This document shows positions 13,710 to 27,754 of a stretch of 64,000 bases of DNA, piece after piece. The stretch spans positions 62,558,001-62,622,000 of the forward strand of contig NC_135658.1 of assembly GCF_964188315.1 (NCBI RefSeq), in the 5' to 3' direction. A model generated the notes under the pieces. It was not told the DNA's origin. It saw nothing but the letters and a program-made list of their open reading frames with translations, and searched no databases. The stretch's first letter is position 1. Every line of letters starts with the position of its first letter. The position numbers and the translations under genes are program-made. Origin of the DNA: Podarcis muralis. Its lineage: Eukaryota.

Positions 13710-13896
13710 CTTATACCACAGGATTTCAGGCTCTCTATATGGTATTAAGAAATCCTGTATGTCAGGGCATGAGATTTCCTTGCTTTTGCTAAGTTCAGCT
13801 TTTTCAAAGTATTTCATCTTTGAATTGTAGCAGAGGCCAGTGTCATTTTCACCCACTGTCAGCGAAATGGATACTTTCATACAGTAAGTAGAGTTT
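13710..13896 (-). CDS. IL1RAPL1: IL1RAPL1 coding exon (equivalent to human exon 4)
   Basis: Translates (R)[68 protein letters not shown] acceptor; AAG|GTAAGA donor; 187 bp. Phase joins the previous exon (AG+A = Arg). Confidence 0.97.
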
Positions 13897-14494
13897 CTGC
13901 AATACAGCAAATAAAAATAATGGTCTTGTGAATAATAAAACAAAAAAGCACCAAACATTGTAATAATGTGCTTTTAAAAAAGTTACAAGAATCTTATGTA
14001 CAATAAAGAAAATGGTATATTAATACTTGCATTAATTTGCTTGCAATTTTTATTTAGTCACTAAGAATGTAAAGAATGTAAAGAATATTTTTAATTCCTT
14101 ATTATACGCTAGAGATATTCCGTCTTCAAATTCCTTTATTTCTGTATTTCCTACAGGAAAAAAAAATCTTCCTTCAAAGACAGTGGCAGTGTTAAGACGC
14201 ATTAACCAGCAAAACTGATAACTACCCTGCTGGCAAACACTATTATAGCAGCTCCCAGGGCTGTACAAATCAGTTTACAGCAAATAATTTCAGATCCAGA
14301 CAGGAACCTCACCATCGCACCATGAGCTAGATTGTTAACCCAGCTATTCATCAGATCAGAAAAAAGTTTTTCAAGTGAATAAAATATGTATTTCTATAGT
14401 ATTTAATTAAAAAAGGTCTCAAACCTTTCAGTTCTTAGAATATCAATTACTTGCAATGGCTTTTAAAGAACAAGAACTACCAGCTTGTTTACCT

Positions 14495-14586
14495 TACAGC
14501 ATAATCTATGCACATTTACTTTGAATAAAATCCAGAGTTCAACAGGACTTACTCCTAAGTAAATGTGCATAGGATTGCAGCCTTAG
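14495..14586. repeat. Short palindromic (~90 bp) interspersed repeat
   Basis: Perfect 14-bp inverted arms TATGCACATTTACT (14507-14520) and AGTAAATGTGCATA (14558-14571); ends AGGATTGCAGCCTTA. Related copies near 41872-41950 and 46124-46220. Confidence 0.7.
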
Positions 14587-14870
14587 GCTCTGTATCCTTG
14601 CGTTACAAAATCAAAATCCTGTTCAACTATTATGATTAAGCACTCTCTCACAAGCTTTTCATTGCCACGTGTTCGTGGCAAATGTACTGCGAAGCTAGGG
14701 GAGTTTATCTTGCACTTCTCTCATTCCTATGGTGCTGAAGTCAAAAAGGGGAAAAATATTTTGGAAAGTATTTTGTTCTAATTTTGGTTTTCTCTGTGGG
14801 TGACATCACAGCATGTTAAGGTTGGTCACCCTCTTCAAAGTGTACTAGCATAGCCAAAGACTATTTCCCC

Positions 14871-15100
14871 TAAAGGTAAAGGTAAAGGGACCCCTGACCA
14901 TTAGGTCCAGTCGCGGATGACTCTGGGGTTGCAGCACTCATCTCACTTTACCGGCCAAGGGAGCCAACATACAGCTTCCGGGTCATGTGGCTAGCATGAC
15001 TAAGCCACTTCTGGCAAACCAGAGCAGTGCACAGAAATGCCGTTTACCTTCCCGCCAGAACGGTACCTATTTATCTACTTGCACTGTGTGCTTTTGAACT
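14871..15100 (-). mobile_element. Sauria SINE, older subfamily, 5'-truncated
   Basis: AAAGGTAAAGGTAAAGGGACCCC tail; core GGTACCTATTTATCTACTTGCAC; tRNA head missing. Confidence 0.85.
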
Positions 15101-16414
15101 TTTGACCTCTAATCTGATAGATGTGTATCTATCAGATCTATCAGACAGTGAATACATATAAACTATTTTTCATTGCTCGCCCTTGCAGATATCATGTGTT
15201 TCAGTGGCTCTAAGACTTCCACAGAAAACACATTACTGTTCTATAGTTTGTCCATTTTTCAGATGGGAAATATGAAGGAAGCAGAGAAAGCCACAGAACT
15301 TCATTTACATAAATGGCAAATATCTAACTTGAAAATGAAAGCAGTAGCATACTGGTAAACATCTGCACCATTGTAATTTCCCTGGATATGTAGTGCCCCT
15401 CCACCTTTTCTTGAGGGCAAGCAAGGACAGGCAATACAACAAATGCAGGCGTGTTTCCAGGCCCTTCTTCCTCTATGAACCTTCACACATGCCTTGTTTG
15501 CCAGCTGGAGATGCTCTCTGGAATTCCTACTAAAATATGTGCATCTGATCTCTATGAATACATGATGGACCAAAGAGCTGTTGTAGACAATACTTGCCTA
15601 GAGCCCATCTCCCTTCTCCTGAAAGTTTAGCTACCTAATCCCAGATGCATGGCTGTCAGTTGTCCTGTTACTTAGTCAGAGACACTCTATTATTATGTCT
15701 GGTGAGAAGTGACTTAACAGCAGGGAATATGAAGGAACATTCATGTCTCTGTAATGTACAATCCATTTTGTTTGGAGCCATCAGTTGTTAAGTTCATTAT
15801 GTGCTACTGAAGCAAAGGTTTGGGGAGGGATGTAACACAGTGGCAGAGCCTTGCACTGATCAGACCTCTGGATTTATCCCCATCATATTCAGTTATAAGA
15901 ATCTCTGAATAGAAACCAGGAAGGATGTCTCACTGTGACCTTGAAGAGCAGCAGCCTGTCATAGTAGACAAGTACTGAGGTAGATGGATTTATCATCCAG
16001 AAATATGAATTATCAGTAAACTCGCTATATTCTGTTTCTAAGACTAGTTCATTTGAAATATTTAACAACATGTAATATTTGTGCAAATGAATCTTTTCCA
16101 TATTTCTCTCTTCCATCTTCTCTTTCTTAAGATGCAAATGCATAATAAACAACATTGTATGAGTGATTCATGGAGCCCAGTATTTTATTTATTTATTGCC
16201 AAGATGTATTTTAAAAACATAACTTTAAATCCCATATGAAACATTTAGCACTCAGTTTTCATATAAATGAGAAGGAAACTGCATTCTTTCCCCCCATTTT
16301 TAGTTTTGCAAATAACGGAAGAGAAGTACACAAAAGAATTCTGCCGAAGAGAATTATCTATGCTCAAATGTCTTAAATGCTGTTGTACATGCTTCACATG
16401 CTAATATATTAAGC

Positions 16415-16520
16415 TAGGTTGCCATATTTCAAAAAGTAAAAAGCAGGACACCCCCAGATGTCAATTCTGCCTTTGAAATCCTGGTAACGTCTGGAAAAGT
16501 CCAGATGTATGGCAGCCCTA
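16415..16520. mobile_element. hAT-type MITE
   Basis: Termini TAGGTTGCCA...TGGCAGCCCTA; ATTAAGC duplicated on both flanks (16408-16414, 16521-16527). Confidence 0.7.
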
Positions 16521-16860
16521 ATTAAGCAAACTACAAAGCCAAATCTAGGAAATATTATTCAGGTCACAAAGTTCTTAATACATCTGAAACAGAGGCTGAG
16601 GTACATATTTTAGTTTTCAGCATTTTGTTTACCATGAAACTACTGTGTAGAATTAAGGGACAGGCTATGACATTTTCTGGACAATGCTATTTCTCCATAT
16701 TTTGGTAACAGTTTCATAGCAATCTTTCTGGCATAAGCAATTAGTACTTCTTCATATTAAAAGGAAATCAATGCTGAAGCCACATTCTAAAGTGGAGCAT
16801 GAACCATCACACAATGACAGAGACTACCTGAGGCAATTTCACTTCAGTAGGCATAACTTG

Positions 16861-17180
16861 AGGGCGCTGTGGTCTAAACCACTGAGCCTCTTGGGATTGC
16901 CGATTGGAAGGTTGGCAGTTCGAATCCCTGTGACGGGGTGAGATCCTGTTGCTCGGTCCCTGCCCCTGCCAACCTAGCAGTTTGAAAGCAGGTCAAAGTG
17001 CAAGTAGATAAATAGGTACCACTCCGGCGGGAAGGTAAATGGTGTTTCTGTGTGCTGCTCTGGTTCGCCACATGACCCGGAAGCTGTACACCTGCTACCT
17101 CGGCCAGTAAAGCGAGATGAGTGCCGCAACCCCAGAGTCGTCCGTGACTGGACTTAACGGTCAGGGGTCCCTTTACCTTT
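16861..17180 (+). mobile_element. Sauria SINE, older subfamily
   Basis: Head GGCGCTGTGGTCTAAACCACTGAGCC; conserved core; CCTTTACCTTT tail; 13-bp TSD TAGGCATAACTTG at 16848-16860 and 17181-17193. Confidence 0.92.
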
Positions 17181-20100
17181 TAGGCATAACTTGGGGAGGG
17201 TGGGAGAGATAAATGCTATTTTCAACAACTAAATCAGCAGTAACGAACACACTTTTATCATATAATGTAACTTATGCTAGCAAAAGCATTCAATGCTTAA
17301 TTTTATTCAATTGCTAAAATGATATCTAATGCTACTTCATCATATACCATGACTGACAAAAGTACAATAAATGGTTCCCCACTAACTTCTGATAAATGTA
17401 TATATTCTTTGCTCCTCAGCACATACAGCCCTGTTTTATTGAATGATGACTGCCTCATGGGCTGGAGACAAATCCTGGATAGCACCAGATGCAGTTTGTT
17501 GCTCCTATGTTCACAGTAAAATAAGCATGTTAAAACCAAGCTCCCCCAATCATAACCATAAACAATCCATAGACAGCCTATGCACTGAAAGAAAATACAA
17601 AGGGAGTTGTGAAGCAGATGGTATAGCACCACCACTGCAAAGGGAAGTCACCCCCCCATCTACAGGTTCAGCTTATGTATGAACACACCTGAAGCATGTA
17701 ACTAATGTATACATGTAGTGAGGACACTTGATTGGAGCTCTATGCATACATGTTGGCTGAATACATGTTTCTTTATTTCAAAGCTCTAGTCTTAGTTTCA
17801 TTTTCTGATTACCAAGATTTAAAGCTGTTATTTATATCTTACAGCACAAAAGTGAAACCAATGAATATATCCATAGAGTGCATGGCATTTGGCTGTATAT
17901 CTGAATTATCAGGCAGACAGAAATATTTACTAAATATTATTCCACCTCCCTGAAAACATCTACTTTTCCACATGAGGAACTTTGATATATGAATCTCTCT
18001 GGACCCACACGTGTGGGTGAATAACAAAAAGAAACAGCTGGCTCCCTGGCTTCAAATCACAGGGCTTGCACACAAAGAGCCCCGATAGAAGAGTATTAAA
18101 CTAACAAAAATAAGCAGTACAGTAAAGCGTGAGGAATATAGATTGCAATGAGCAGATCACAAAGTGTTAAATAAGCTGAAAATGCTTTACTTACTGATTC
18201 AAGGTCTCAACCATGCATTGTTTCATGCAGCAGCAAGGATAACACAGGCAAAATACTATTGAGTAGAAAGTACAGAGTGTAGTTCCAAACATGTACTGTA
18301 AGTTTGGGAGAAGCTCACACATGTGCTCCTTGATGGATTACATGATGCACAGAAGAGACAGAAAGCTTCACTTTCCAGATATATAGGCCTGGATCAAAAT
18401 ATCCACCACACAACATTAATGCCCCCCTCAAGCCGGTGTAGGGAGTCCCCAGTGTTCTAGGACAACTATTAGGGATGGGAGGTGCTGGCAATTGTAGGTA
18501 GACTACAAACTCTAATATGAAAGGAAGTTCCTTCCATTTGTGCAGTGGTATCTCTGGACCAAGCATATTGATCTAACCCCATCAGGATGTATAATGTCCA
18601 CATGATGCCAAATGCAATGAATGATTTCCGGAGTGAAGAATAAAAGATACATGGATTCTTCTATTTTCTTCAGTTTTGTGAACAACATGGTTACAACATG
18701 TAGTGTCTAATAAATTATGGATCATTACGAGCAATTTTCTTCGTGTTAATTGGAGGCTCTGATTCAAGTGGTTAAAATCCAAATGGAATTTCCCTGTGGG
18801 GTTTTCATTGTGTATCATAAAATTGGTACAAACCTCACAGTCAGTGCCCTTTTCAATATTTTACCATTACTAATGTAGCAGAGGATCAACCAGCCTATTA
18901 GCTTCCCATGTTTATAAATTGAAGAGAGAACAATTAATCTGGATGAACTTTAGTTCATTAATGATACGGATGGGTAATAAAGGCAAGTGTCTCAAAATGC
19001 TATCTATAATAGTAGGCAATGTTCCAAAGTATTCCGTTACTTAGAGGATGAAAAATGATGTGAGAAGACTCTTGATTGAAAACTTAAATTTAATGCAGAA
19101 ATACTACTGCTATTAGAGTGGGGTTTTTTTGGGGGGGAGGCAAAGGATTGGAATTTATTGCTCTACCTCCTTGTTTCTCTCACTGTTTCTATGCATAGGG
19201 AGAACCGGAGTGCAGGCAACAAACCTCTTGGACGGCTGGCACATACTGTAGTAGCTGGCTGGGAGCAACTTTTGTGGCCTGGTGGGGCACAGAAGTCCAG
19301 GCGTGGTGTGTGTGGCATGTGGTCTGTACACTACTGTCAGCATAGGGGCATGAGCTGGCAGGTTTCCCTCCCTTCTTCCTCTGCTTGTGTTCTGGCAGCC
19401 ACCTGGTCTACCATAGGCTGCAGCTAGGGATGGAAAATCTGCCAGTTTTGGTTTCCCTCAGATGATGATGATGATTAGTTAAATTTATATACTAGTTACA
19501 GCCCAGGTATTGGTCTCAGTCATTGCTGTAGGAATCGTTGACTTGTTCACAAACTAATTTTTGTGAACCATGTTTTTTGGCTGCTCTGTAATGCATGCTT
19601 TGGAGGGTAACAAGGGAGATGGATGGTGTGGCTAAATAGGTCAATTTGATCATACTTTGGCATGCATGTGCGGAAAATGGAAGGGTTGTAATTAACACTG
19701 AAAAACCTTTGCAATAACTGAACTTTATTCCACTTTTGTGGAATAAGTATACTTGTTTAGGAAAATGAAGTTGTGGCTAAGGCCTGGCCAGGGCGAAGGC
19801 GGTCGTCCTCTTATATACCTGCTGGGATTGACAAGGCATCTGACCCTCACCTGAATCTCATAACTCTCCTGATAGGTGATTTGGTCTGCAGCCACAGTGT
19901 GGAAATAAAGGATGTGATTGCCCACCAGATACCAGGCACTCTACTATTCAAATTAGGCCCCAGTGTTTTCGTTAGAATCCCCTTCTCAATGAAGTAACCA
20001 ATTTTAATCTAGAATTTAAATTCTCAAAACTTTATTATTTGTTAATTTGAGCAAGTAAACCTCTGCTCTCACTTCATTACAAACAGTATTTCTACCAGCA

Positions 20101-21419
20101 ACACACCTGAGCAAACCTGCTCCTCCTCCTTTCACAGATATTGTGTTGCCATTTGCAACTGTATCTGCTTCTGATTCATTATCATTTAACTCTTTGGGGA
20201 AATAATTAGCATCACATGTCATGTGCATGGAAGTTGCCGAACTAATTAACCAGCTAGAAGGATTACTGTTAATAGCACCAGTTTTCCTACTGTATAACTT
20301 GATATTGCTGGATAGTTTTGATGAACTGCAAAAGCATTTTTAGTTTGCTTTCTGTTGCCACCCTGGAACTTTTCTTTATTAGTGCCACTTTGTTTTGTAC
20401 ATTTTCTTGCAAATGAAGGAAAACAACTTTTCTGCTTGTATATGTGAATAATATAATTTTGGTTACTGAGAACAAACAAGATTGTACAAAAATAAGATTG
20501 GGCGCAGGCCTGGCCAGGACATAGGCGTCCTGACTGTGACAAAGGTGACCTGTGTGCTTGCTTGCTTGATTAACAGCTGTTGGGAACTTCAAGGTCCCTG
20601 CTCTTCCTTCTTATGGTCTTTGTGCTGGACCCAGAGACTCCAATAGAGAGCATTCCATGTCAAGAAAGAGGGCAAATGGGCACCAGGAGCTACACGAAGC
20701 AGGGCCTTTTCACTGGTGGTGCCTATTGTATGCCTCGCTCTTCCCAGACCTGTTCTATTTTGGCTTGTATTTTGGAGCTTTATGATTTAGGAAGACTTTG
20801 GAACTGTTTGACAAGTCTTATCAGTTGCTGACGTATGAGCGGATTTTATTCTGGGCTTCTGGTGCACCAGGGTTTACACAAGTGTAATAGAGTTGGCCAG
20901 GATGCCAGAAGGGTTACAATTTATGAGCTTTCTCCATTATCTGCACAGCAGGGGGTGTTTAGTCAACAATGCAAAGGCTGAGCTGAAGCATTCCCTGCTG
21001 GTTACCTGCTTTCAGCAACAGGGGTCGCTCTTTGGTAGTACCCGATTGGTTAGCTGTCAGATTCTAGAGCTCCCTATTGGTGGCTCTTAGGTAATTCACA
21101 AAATACAGAGTCCATTCATAAAACACGGTGTTCATTCATAAAGCAGTAACATAAATCCACATTGCTACATATTGGGTATATATTTCAGCGGTCGAATGTA
21201 CAGATTTATGGCCATTCTGTAGTGTAGTGCTTTTGTGGCTGTGAATAAAAATGGCCGGGCTCATTGTCATGGGGTTTGGGGGGGGGGAGGTGACAAAACT
21301 GATATCCAATGTGCCTCTCCTTTATTTCCATAACAAGATCTTTAGTCTGTACTCTGAATAGCGACACCAGGGACTCAGAAGGTGCAAGGCTTGTTAGTCC
21401 AACCCCTGCGCAGTCTCAT

Positions 21420-21643
21420 CAGGGCTGACCTTAATGCAATTGGCACAATTGGGCCAAATTGGGCCCCACGAGCCGCTCCTAAAGGAGCCTCCGCTCCAGG
21501 GCAATCTAGATGGATTTTATTTATATCTCTAACATTTTTATATCTCTAACAGACTTTGGCTGTGAACTGGGGCCCTACAAAACAAACAAACAAAATCAAG
21601 TTGCACCCCACTGCTTCAAATTGGGCCCCACTGGCTAGCCCTG
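21420..21643. mobile_element. hAT MITE
   Basis: Termini CAGGGCTGACC...GCTAGCCCTG; perfect 8-bp TSD AGTCTCAT (21412-21419, 21644-21651); repeated AATTGGGCC(CCA) subterminal motifs. Confidence 0.88.
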
Positions 21644-21651
21644 AGTCTCAT

Positions 21652-21920
21652 AGTTGCTGGGCCTGAGTTGCCCTGCCTTTGCATGAAGTCTTGGGTTTGC
21701 AATTTTGGGAGAGTGGAGACTGCGGCACTGGTGAGTGGGCAGGCTGGCGAGGCCCTCTAGATTTAGAGGCCTGAGTTGCCCTGCCCTTGCATGAAATCTT
21801 GGGTTTGCAATTTTTGGAGAGGTGAGGTTGCCTGCTGGGGAGCGGGTGGGCTGGTGAGGCCCCCTAGATTTAGAGGCCCTAGGCTTCAGCCTACTTAGCC
21901 TATACATAAGTCTGGCACTG
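21652..21920. mobile_element. End of a second hAT-like element with an internal ~107-bp tandem duplication
   Basis: Units start at 21660 and 21768 (GGCCTGAGTTGCCCTGCC...CTAGATTTAGA); terminus TAAGTCTGGCACTG (reverse complement CAGTGCCAG); other terminus not found. Confidence 0.55.
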
Positions 21921-23660
21921 CCTATTAGAATAGCAAGTTACAAGCAGGGTGACCACGGGTTTTACTTGACAGTAGGGCAGACAGTTCTCTGTTTGAAGGA
22001 CTGACCTGCCCAAGTCTGGTCTAATGATAAAGAACCCTAAGATGGGAGAGAAGGGCTTCATCAGTAGAAGCAATTTTGGGTTCCTTTGGGATGAAGAGCA
22101 GGATATAAATGTAATAAGGGAAAGCTATTGTTTTACTGTTTTTTTTAATTAAAAAAATTATTTACTTTATTATGTGAACTGCCCGAAGATCTTATGGCAA
22201 AGGGTGGTATATAAATCTAATAAATAAAAATAAATTAATGAATTTCAAAACATTAAACAGCATGGCCCCAAAGTCCTAAAAATCATTATGCATAAAATTA
22301 ATCATAAAATGTCACCCTCCTAAATCAAAATGTTTTCATAGCACAATTACATGCTTAATGAGGGATGGTGCTCATTAATATTCAAACAGGCCTGATTAAA
22401 TAGAAGAGTTGAGAGCAAGTGTGAACCTCAAGTTCTTAAAACAATGGACTAAAAAAGAGCAATTCTGCTTCCAGAAGCCAGTTGTTTATGAACAAGAGAT
22501 AATTTTTAAAACAATCCATCACATGATGGAATAAATTCAGACCTTATGATTCTGGAACAGTCATTATCTACATGAGCAAAGAATTCTGGGGGATTATAGT
22601 CATGCCCCATGCTTGTTGTCTGGTTGTGCAAAAATCAGCTCACACTGAGGACTAACTGGATACAGAAATAAAGTCTGTTAATGAAATCTGATCACTTATT
22701 TCAGGGCTAAAAAGAAAGATAGCTGCTCCTTACTACACCTTACTACACTCTTTCTTTGTCTTCCAGTTTTTAGTCCCTTTCTGATTTATTTCATGTAAAT
22801 AAATCAAGGGTTACTGTAGGTAAAATAGTTGCTAACCCAGGTTAACTATTGTATAAATAAGCTCTTTGGCTTATACTATGGTACAAATTAAATTCAACAG
22901 TATCATACAAGGGATTTATGTGGCTTCCTTCCTGTAAAGGTAAATCAACTTTCAAAGAAGTAGGCTGCCCAGCACAATGAAATAGCCTTCTATTAACACC
23001 ATACTCACAACAGCGCATAAAAGTACCACAATGTATTTGTTTTAATTAGCTTAGCCAAATTAATCACACCAGGAAGTGGTGATCTAGTTTATTGCATGCT
23101 TCAATTCTCAGAAGCAGTAAAAGCATATCCCACTCTAATAAAACAAGCCCACTTTATGATCCTGAATTGCTGCGGCTTTTCAGCATCATCTGGAGACGAC
23201 GTCATGTTTAAATGTCCCTTGCTGTACAATTTGCTGGTTGCCAAGTTATGCCCATTCATTGATTTATAAGACTATTGATCTTTTGGATTATTGATACATT
23301 TGAGGGTGGAAAAAATATCCTTTAAAAAAATGAACACATATCACATATCAATGGAGAGGGAAAGAGGGGAAATCATACAGGGTTGCCTTCCCCAGGTTCA
23401 CAGAGACAACAAGGGTACATGGGCAATCAAGATTCCATCCCATTGCCCCATAAGAGTTTTGGAGGAGAAAGCCACAAGAGGGTGCTGCCCTGAATCAGTT
23501 AACTCATGACTGTTTCTCCTTACCCTCCAGAGTCAGGAGCCCAGCTTTCAAAGCAGTTGGGTCAGATACTATTAAGTCTTCCTCCCGTGAAGTAACCGGA
23601 GCAGGCTCTTGTTGCTCTTTAAAATATGCAGTGTCACCTGTATCATTTATGTAGTGTAGT

Positions 23661-23956
23661 TTCTGGGAAACACTGGCCTGCGAGCACTCCAGCTGGAGAA
23701 CAGCCTTTACCAAAGGTGTCATGGACTATGAAGACACACAAACTCTGGACACAAGGGAGAAACGTCCTAAGAGGAAGGCACGCTTGGCAAATCCACACCA
23801 TGATCAACTCCCGCCCAGAAACCAATGTCTCCACTGTGGGAGGACATGTGGATCCAGAATTGGCCTCCACAGTCATCTACAGACTCATTGTTAAAACCGT
23901 GTTTATGGAAGACAATCTTACTTGGCTACGAGTGATCGCCAAAGAAGAAGAAGAGT
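23661..23956 (+). mobile_element. RTE-clade LINE 3' fragment (distinct from Bov-B) with a C-terminal C2H2-type zinc finger
   Basis: Manual translation WETLACEHSSWRTAFTKGVMDYEDTQTLDTREKRPKRKARLANPHHDQLPPRNQCLHCGRTCGSRIGLHSHLQTHC* (stop 23892-23894), followed by a short 3'UTR and (GAA)n tail. Confidence 0.8.
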
Positions 23957-24267
23957 AACAGTAGTTTCCCATGGGAATGATATCCCAGGTTATGATATTT
24001 TGGCACCTGAGGTGACATAATGGCACCCGAGGTGAATGACAGAACGGTGTCCTCTCCAATATGGAAGAAAGTAAGTGAAAATCAAGAACAAGGGCTTGGG
24101 GTGGGTGGGTAATAAAGACCTACATTGAGAACAAGGCGGTGAATGAAGGTCTACATCAGGAAAAAGGGCAAGAGGATCAAATCAACATTACTGTTGGTGG
24201 TTGAAGTGGGGATCAAAGACTAATGGGGAAGGGGGGTTGCTTTGAATCACACAGGGCAAGTGCAGAG

Positions 24268-24357
24268 CATAGCTGTCAACTTTTCCCTTTTCTTGTGAGG
24301 TGTCCTATTTGGAATAAGGGAATTTCCCTTTAAAAAAGGAAAACGTTGACAGCTATG
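24268..24357. mobile_element. 90-bp hAT MITE
   Basis: TIRs CATAGCTGTCAAC / GTTGACAGCTATG; perfect 8-bp TSD GTGCAGAG (24260-24267, 24358-24365). Confidence 0.92.
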
Positions 24358-24637
24358 GTGCAGAGCCAGGAAACTGCAGAAAGCAGTTCCTACCATTTCC
24401 TTCTTGGGGTGGGAGGAAACCAGTAGTGCTTCCTATTTGTTGATAGGCCACTGTAGAAGGCGGCAGCAGATACATTCTCCAAGGAGGGTGTGGCAGTGGC
24501 AGCAGTAGGCAATGCATTCCTTGGAGGCTGGATCTGCTGCCCCTGTAGATCCTGCTTCCTGAGGTGATTGCCTCACCTTCCTTCATGGGTGGGCTGGCCC
24601 TGATCAGGAAGTAGCAGTAGTCATGATAGCATGTATT

Positions 24638-24865
24638 TACAGTGGTACCTTGGTTTAAGAACAGCCCTGTTTATGAACTATTCGGTTTATGAACTCCGCA
24701 GAACCGGAAGCAGTATCCCTGTGTGTGAACTTTACCTCTGTCTAAGAACGGAATCCGAATGGTGGAAGGGCACCAGCGGCGGGAGGCCTCATTAGGGAAT
24801 GTGCGCCTCGGTTTAAGAATGGACTTCCTGAACAGATTAAGTTCATAAACCGAGGTACCACTGTA
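24638..24865. mobile_element. Tc1/mariner (pogo/Tigger-like) MITE, related subfamily
   Basis: TA|CAGTGGTACCTTGGTTTA...TAAACCGAGGTACCACTG|TA. Confidence 0.9.
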
Positions 24866-27754
24866 TTTAAGGGCAACAGCTGAGCATAGAAGCTGGGACT
24901 TGCTACAAAGGCAAGACTCAGTTTCAAAAGGTTCTTATACCCAGAGAGGGGAGTAGTTTATTTTACACACTAGCCACGTCTATTAAGGAGTCAGGCAGCG
25001 CACACTACATATATACCTATGGTACCTGACGTCTATTCCATAACTGCCCTTTAAATAAAGGTCTTATATTGACACATGCTTTAAGGAAACTTCTGTGTGA
25101 AAGCAGCCATGAAGGGCCAACACTGGTCAGTACATCTGTCTTTTGGGCAGATGGCCCTCAGGACTTGCTCATTTTAAGAGGGCTTATTATGTTCTCCAAC
25201 ATTACTTAAGAGAAGAATGTACAAGTTTAATGGACTCATATTATTATAGTTATAGCAGATGGCAAAACAACTGGCACTATTTACAGGCTTCTCACTTACC
25301 TACCCAGAAAGCTGTCTGTGGACAAATGCCGACTCTCTTGGCCTGAAGGAAGATGAGCACTGCACCCCAGTATCGCCTTTAACTGGACTTAAGCCTCCAG
25401 GGGTCATTTACCTTTACTACATAGTGGGACATGATTACTACCACCAATGAGATTGTAGTTTGTGCTTGGAGAGCAAAATTTGCTTAGTTGGGTAGTGCTA
25501 CATAATTTCACTATTTTGAATGGAATCAGGCAATATTCAATTAAAGGACTAGATTAGCACTCAAGTTCCTGGTACATAAAATCTAATTAAGTTTGAATCA
25601 GATAACTCGAGTAACTATATATTTTAGTCACATATAAAATTTTGTTACCTCACATTTATTTACAATAGCCCTTCCTCCCACGCAGCTTTTGATCTCCCTC
25701 ATCATAAATACTTGGTTATGGGCTTGCCAACTCCCCTAGTGAAGAAGCCAGTAAAGAGATTTTGCTTCAGCATTACACAACTCTGGCTCATTTTATCTCT
25801 CATTAAAAGTCAGAGTCAAACACATTATTTTGAAGGTATGAAAATCAATATTACACTGGCATGCTCCCACAGCTTAATCCAATTCAAACTTCTCAATAAA
25901 AGAAGTGCTAGGGCAATTTATGACAACATGCTGTGTGAAGAAGGAGTGAAGAAGATGGCTCAGATGAATAAAATTAAGTGGAGTTCTATAATATCCTCAC
26001 TGAACATTAAAATAGAAAGTAAAGTTTATTGTTGAAATTCTGAAGCAAATATTCCACTCCCGATGAAGAACATGGGAATTTCTCTAACCTTTAATATAGG
26101 TGCTGTGTGGCAGCTTTGGAGTGCACATAGATCTATTCATTTTAGTGAGGTGGAAAGCTCTGTGTACACATTCAGATGCACCCTACAAGCTGTCTCCTAT
26201 ACTGATGTGTATAGGGAGACCCTTATCTTTGTGGAAAATGTGAGTACAGCTACCATGGTGTCACTGGATTAGAGCTAAAATATCCTATAACAATCGTTGT
26301 ACATTCATCTAAATGGGTTTGGCGATGAGAGTTGTGCGGAGGCAAGTGTATACCCTGTACATATGCAAGTTCCACATACTATTCTCAAAAGCAGATTGCC
26401 ATTAAAAATGTTTGAGTGGCAAGTGGCTTTGGGGAATTGTACTAACATCTGAGCAAAAACAAACAAACATACAAAAAAGCCTCAAATAAAATGCCCACAG
26501 CTGGTTTTTACTGCACATAATATAGTATTAATCAAAGAATTTTCACATTAAGCACATTTCTGATGGTGGCACCCACTTACAGCTAAAGGGAATCTGACCC
26601 ATGAGATTCACTAACTATTCAACCAATTGTAAATGCGTGTTTTAAATTATTATTATTATTACATGCACATTGCATCAGAGGCTTTTGTTGCGATAAAATT
26701 AATTACTTTAGCACTTTGAATTTAAAATTTCTTACACCCACAAACAAGTGCATTGGCAATTTCTGTCAAATAACCACTTGAATAATTGTGGCATTGTGAA
26801 TAAACTGTATGACTAGACTAGGCAAAAAATGGGTTCAAATCCCTGCTTTCACATGAAACTCAGTAGATGACTTCATCATTCAGCTTTACTTAATTGCACA
26901 AGACTGTTATGAAGATAAAATTGGATAACCCAGATATTGGAAGCATATTACTATCTATGTGAAAGAAAGATTAATTATGCAAGTAGATTTTATGTTGTGA
27001 ACATACAGATGAGTGGGACAGGAATTGATCCTTGCCCTACTGCCTTGCCAACCTTGCTTTCGTGCTCTTAAGTAAATAAAGCTGTGGCCTGATTTTACCC
27101 AACACTGGTGTCCAGTTTGAGTTGTTTCCACAGGCCACATATATGCACCTGCCTGGACAAATTAGCACCTTCTGTAAAGAAGCAGCCCTAATGTACTTGT
27201 GACTAAGTCAACATTCAGCTAGCTTACAGTATTCAACTCTCATATCAAACAGAAACTTATTTTGCCTTGGAGCAGATGTGTTTATTATCTTTCAGGACCC
27301 AGTTCTCATTTGCACCATGGTCCCCTTTCTCTGCTGGAGGAGTGAAAAGAAAACACATTGCAAATGACACACAGTTCCACAGTGTTCAGTTCTTGTTTTG
27401 TAAGCAAATTTGTTAAGATTTCAGCATGGAGGGCAATGAAAGAAAACATGCATTGCATTTTAATAACAGTCTGAAATTCTTTGCTTTTATACTTTTCTCA
27501 AGGACACTTTTAAGGTAATAAAGATTAGGGGTAGTACCTAACTAACTAATTCAACCAGGGCAAGGATTTCTGCTTGTGGAACAGAAACCTCCCCCTCCCA
27601 CACTGCATGTCCTGTCAATCTGTTCTGGGGGCATCCCCTCCAGAGCATATCTAGAAAGGATACAGGATGTGCAAGGGGAGAGGAGAGAAGGGAAATTCTG
27701 TAGCATAAAAATAAATCCTTGCATTGATAGAACAAGGTGGTCAAATACTCATAG

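Noticed and set aside
19780-20518. Repeated AGGCCTGGCCAGG (19780, 20506) as termini of an element
   Set aside because: 13-bp match with no TSD or extended similarity; compatible with chance.
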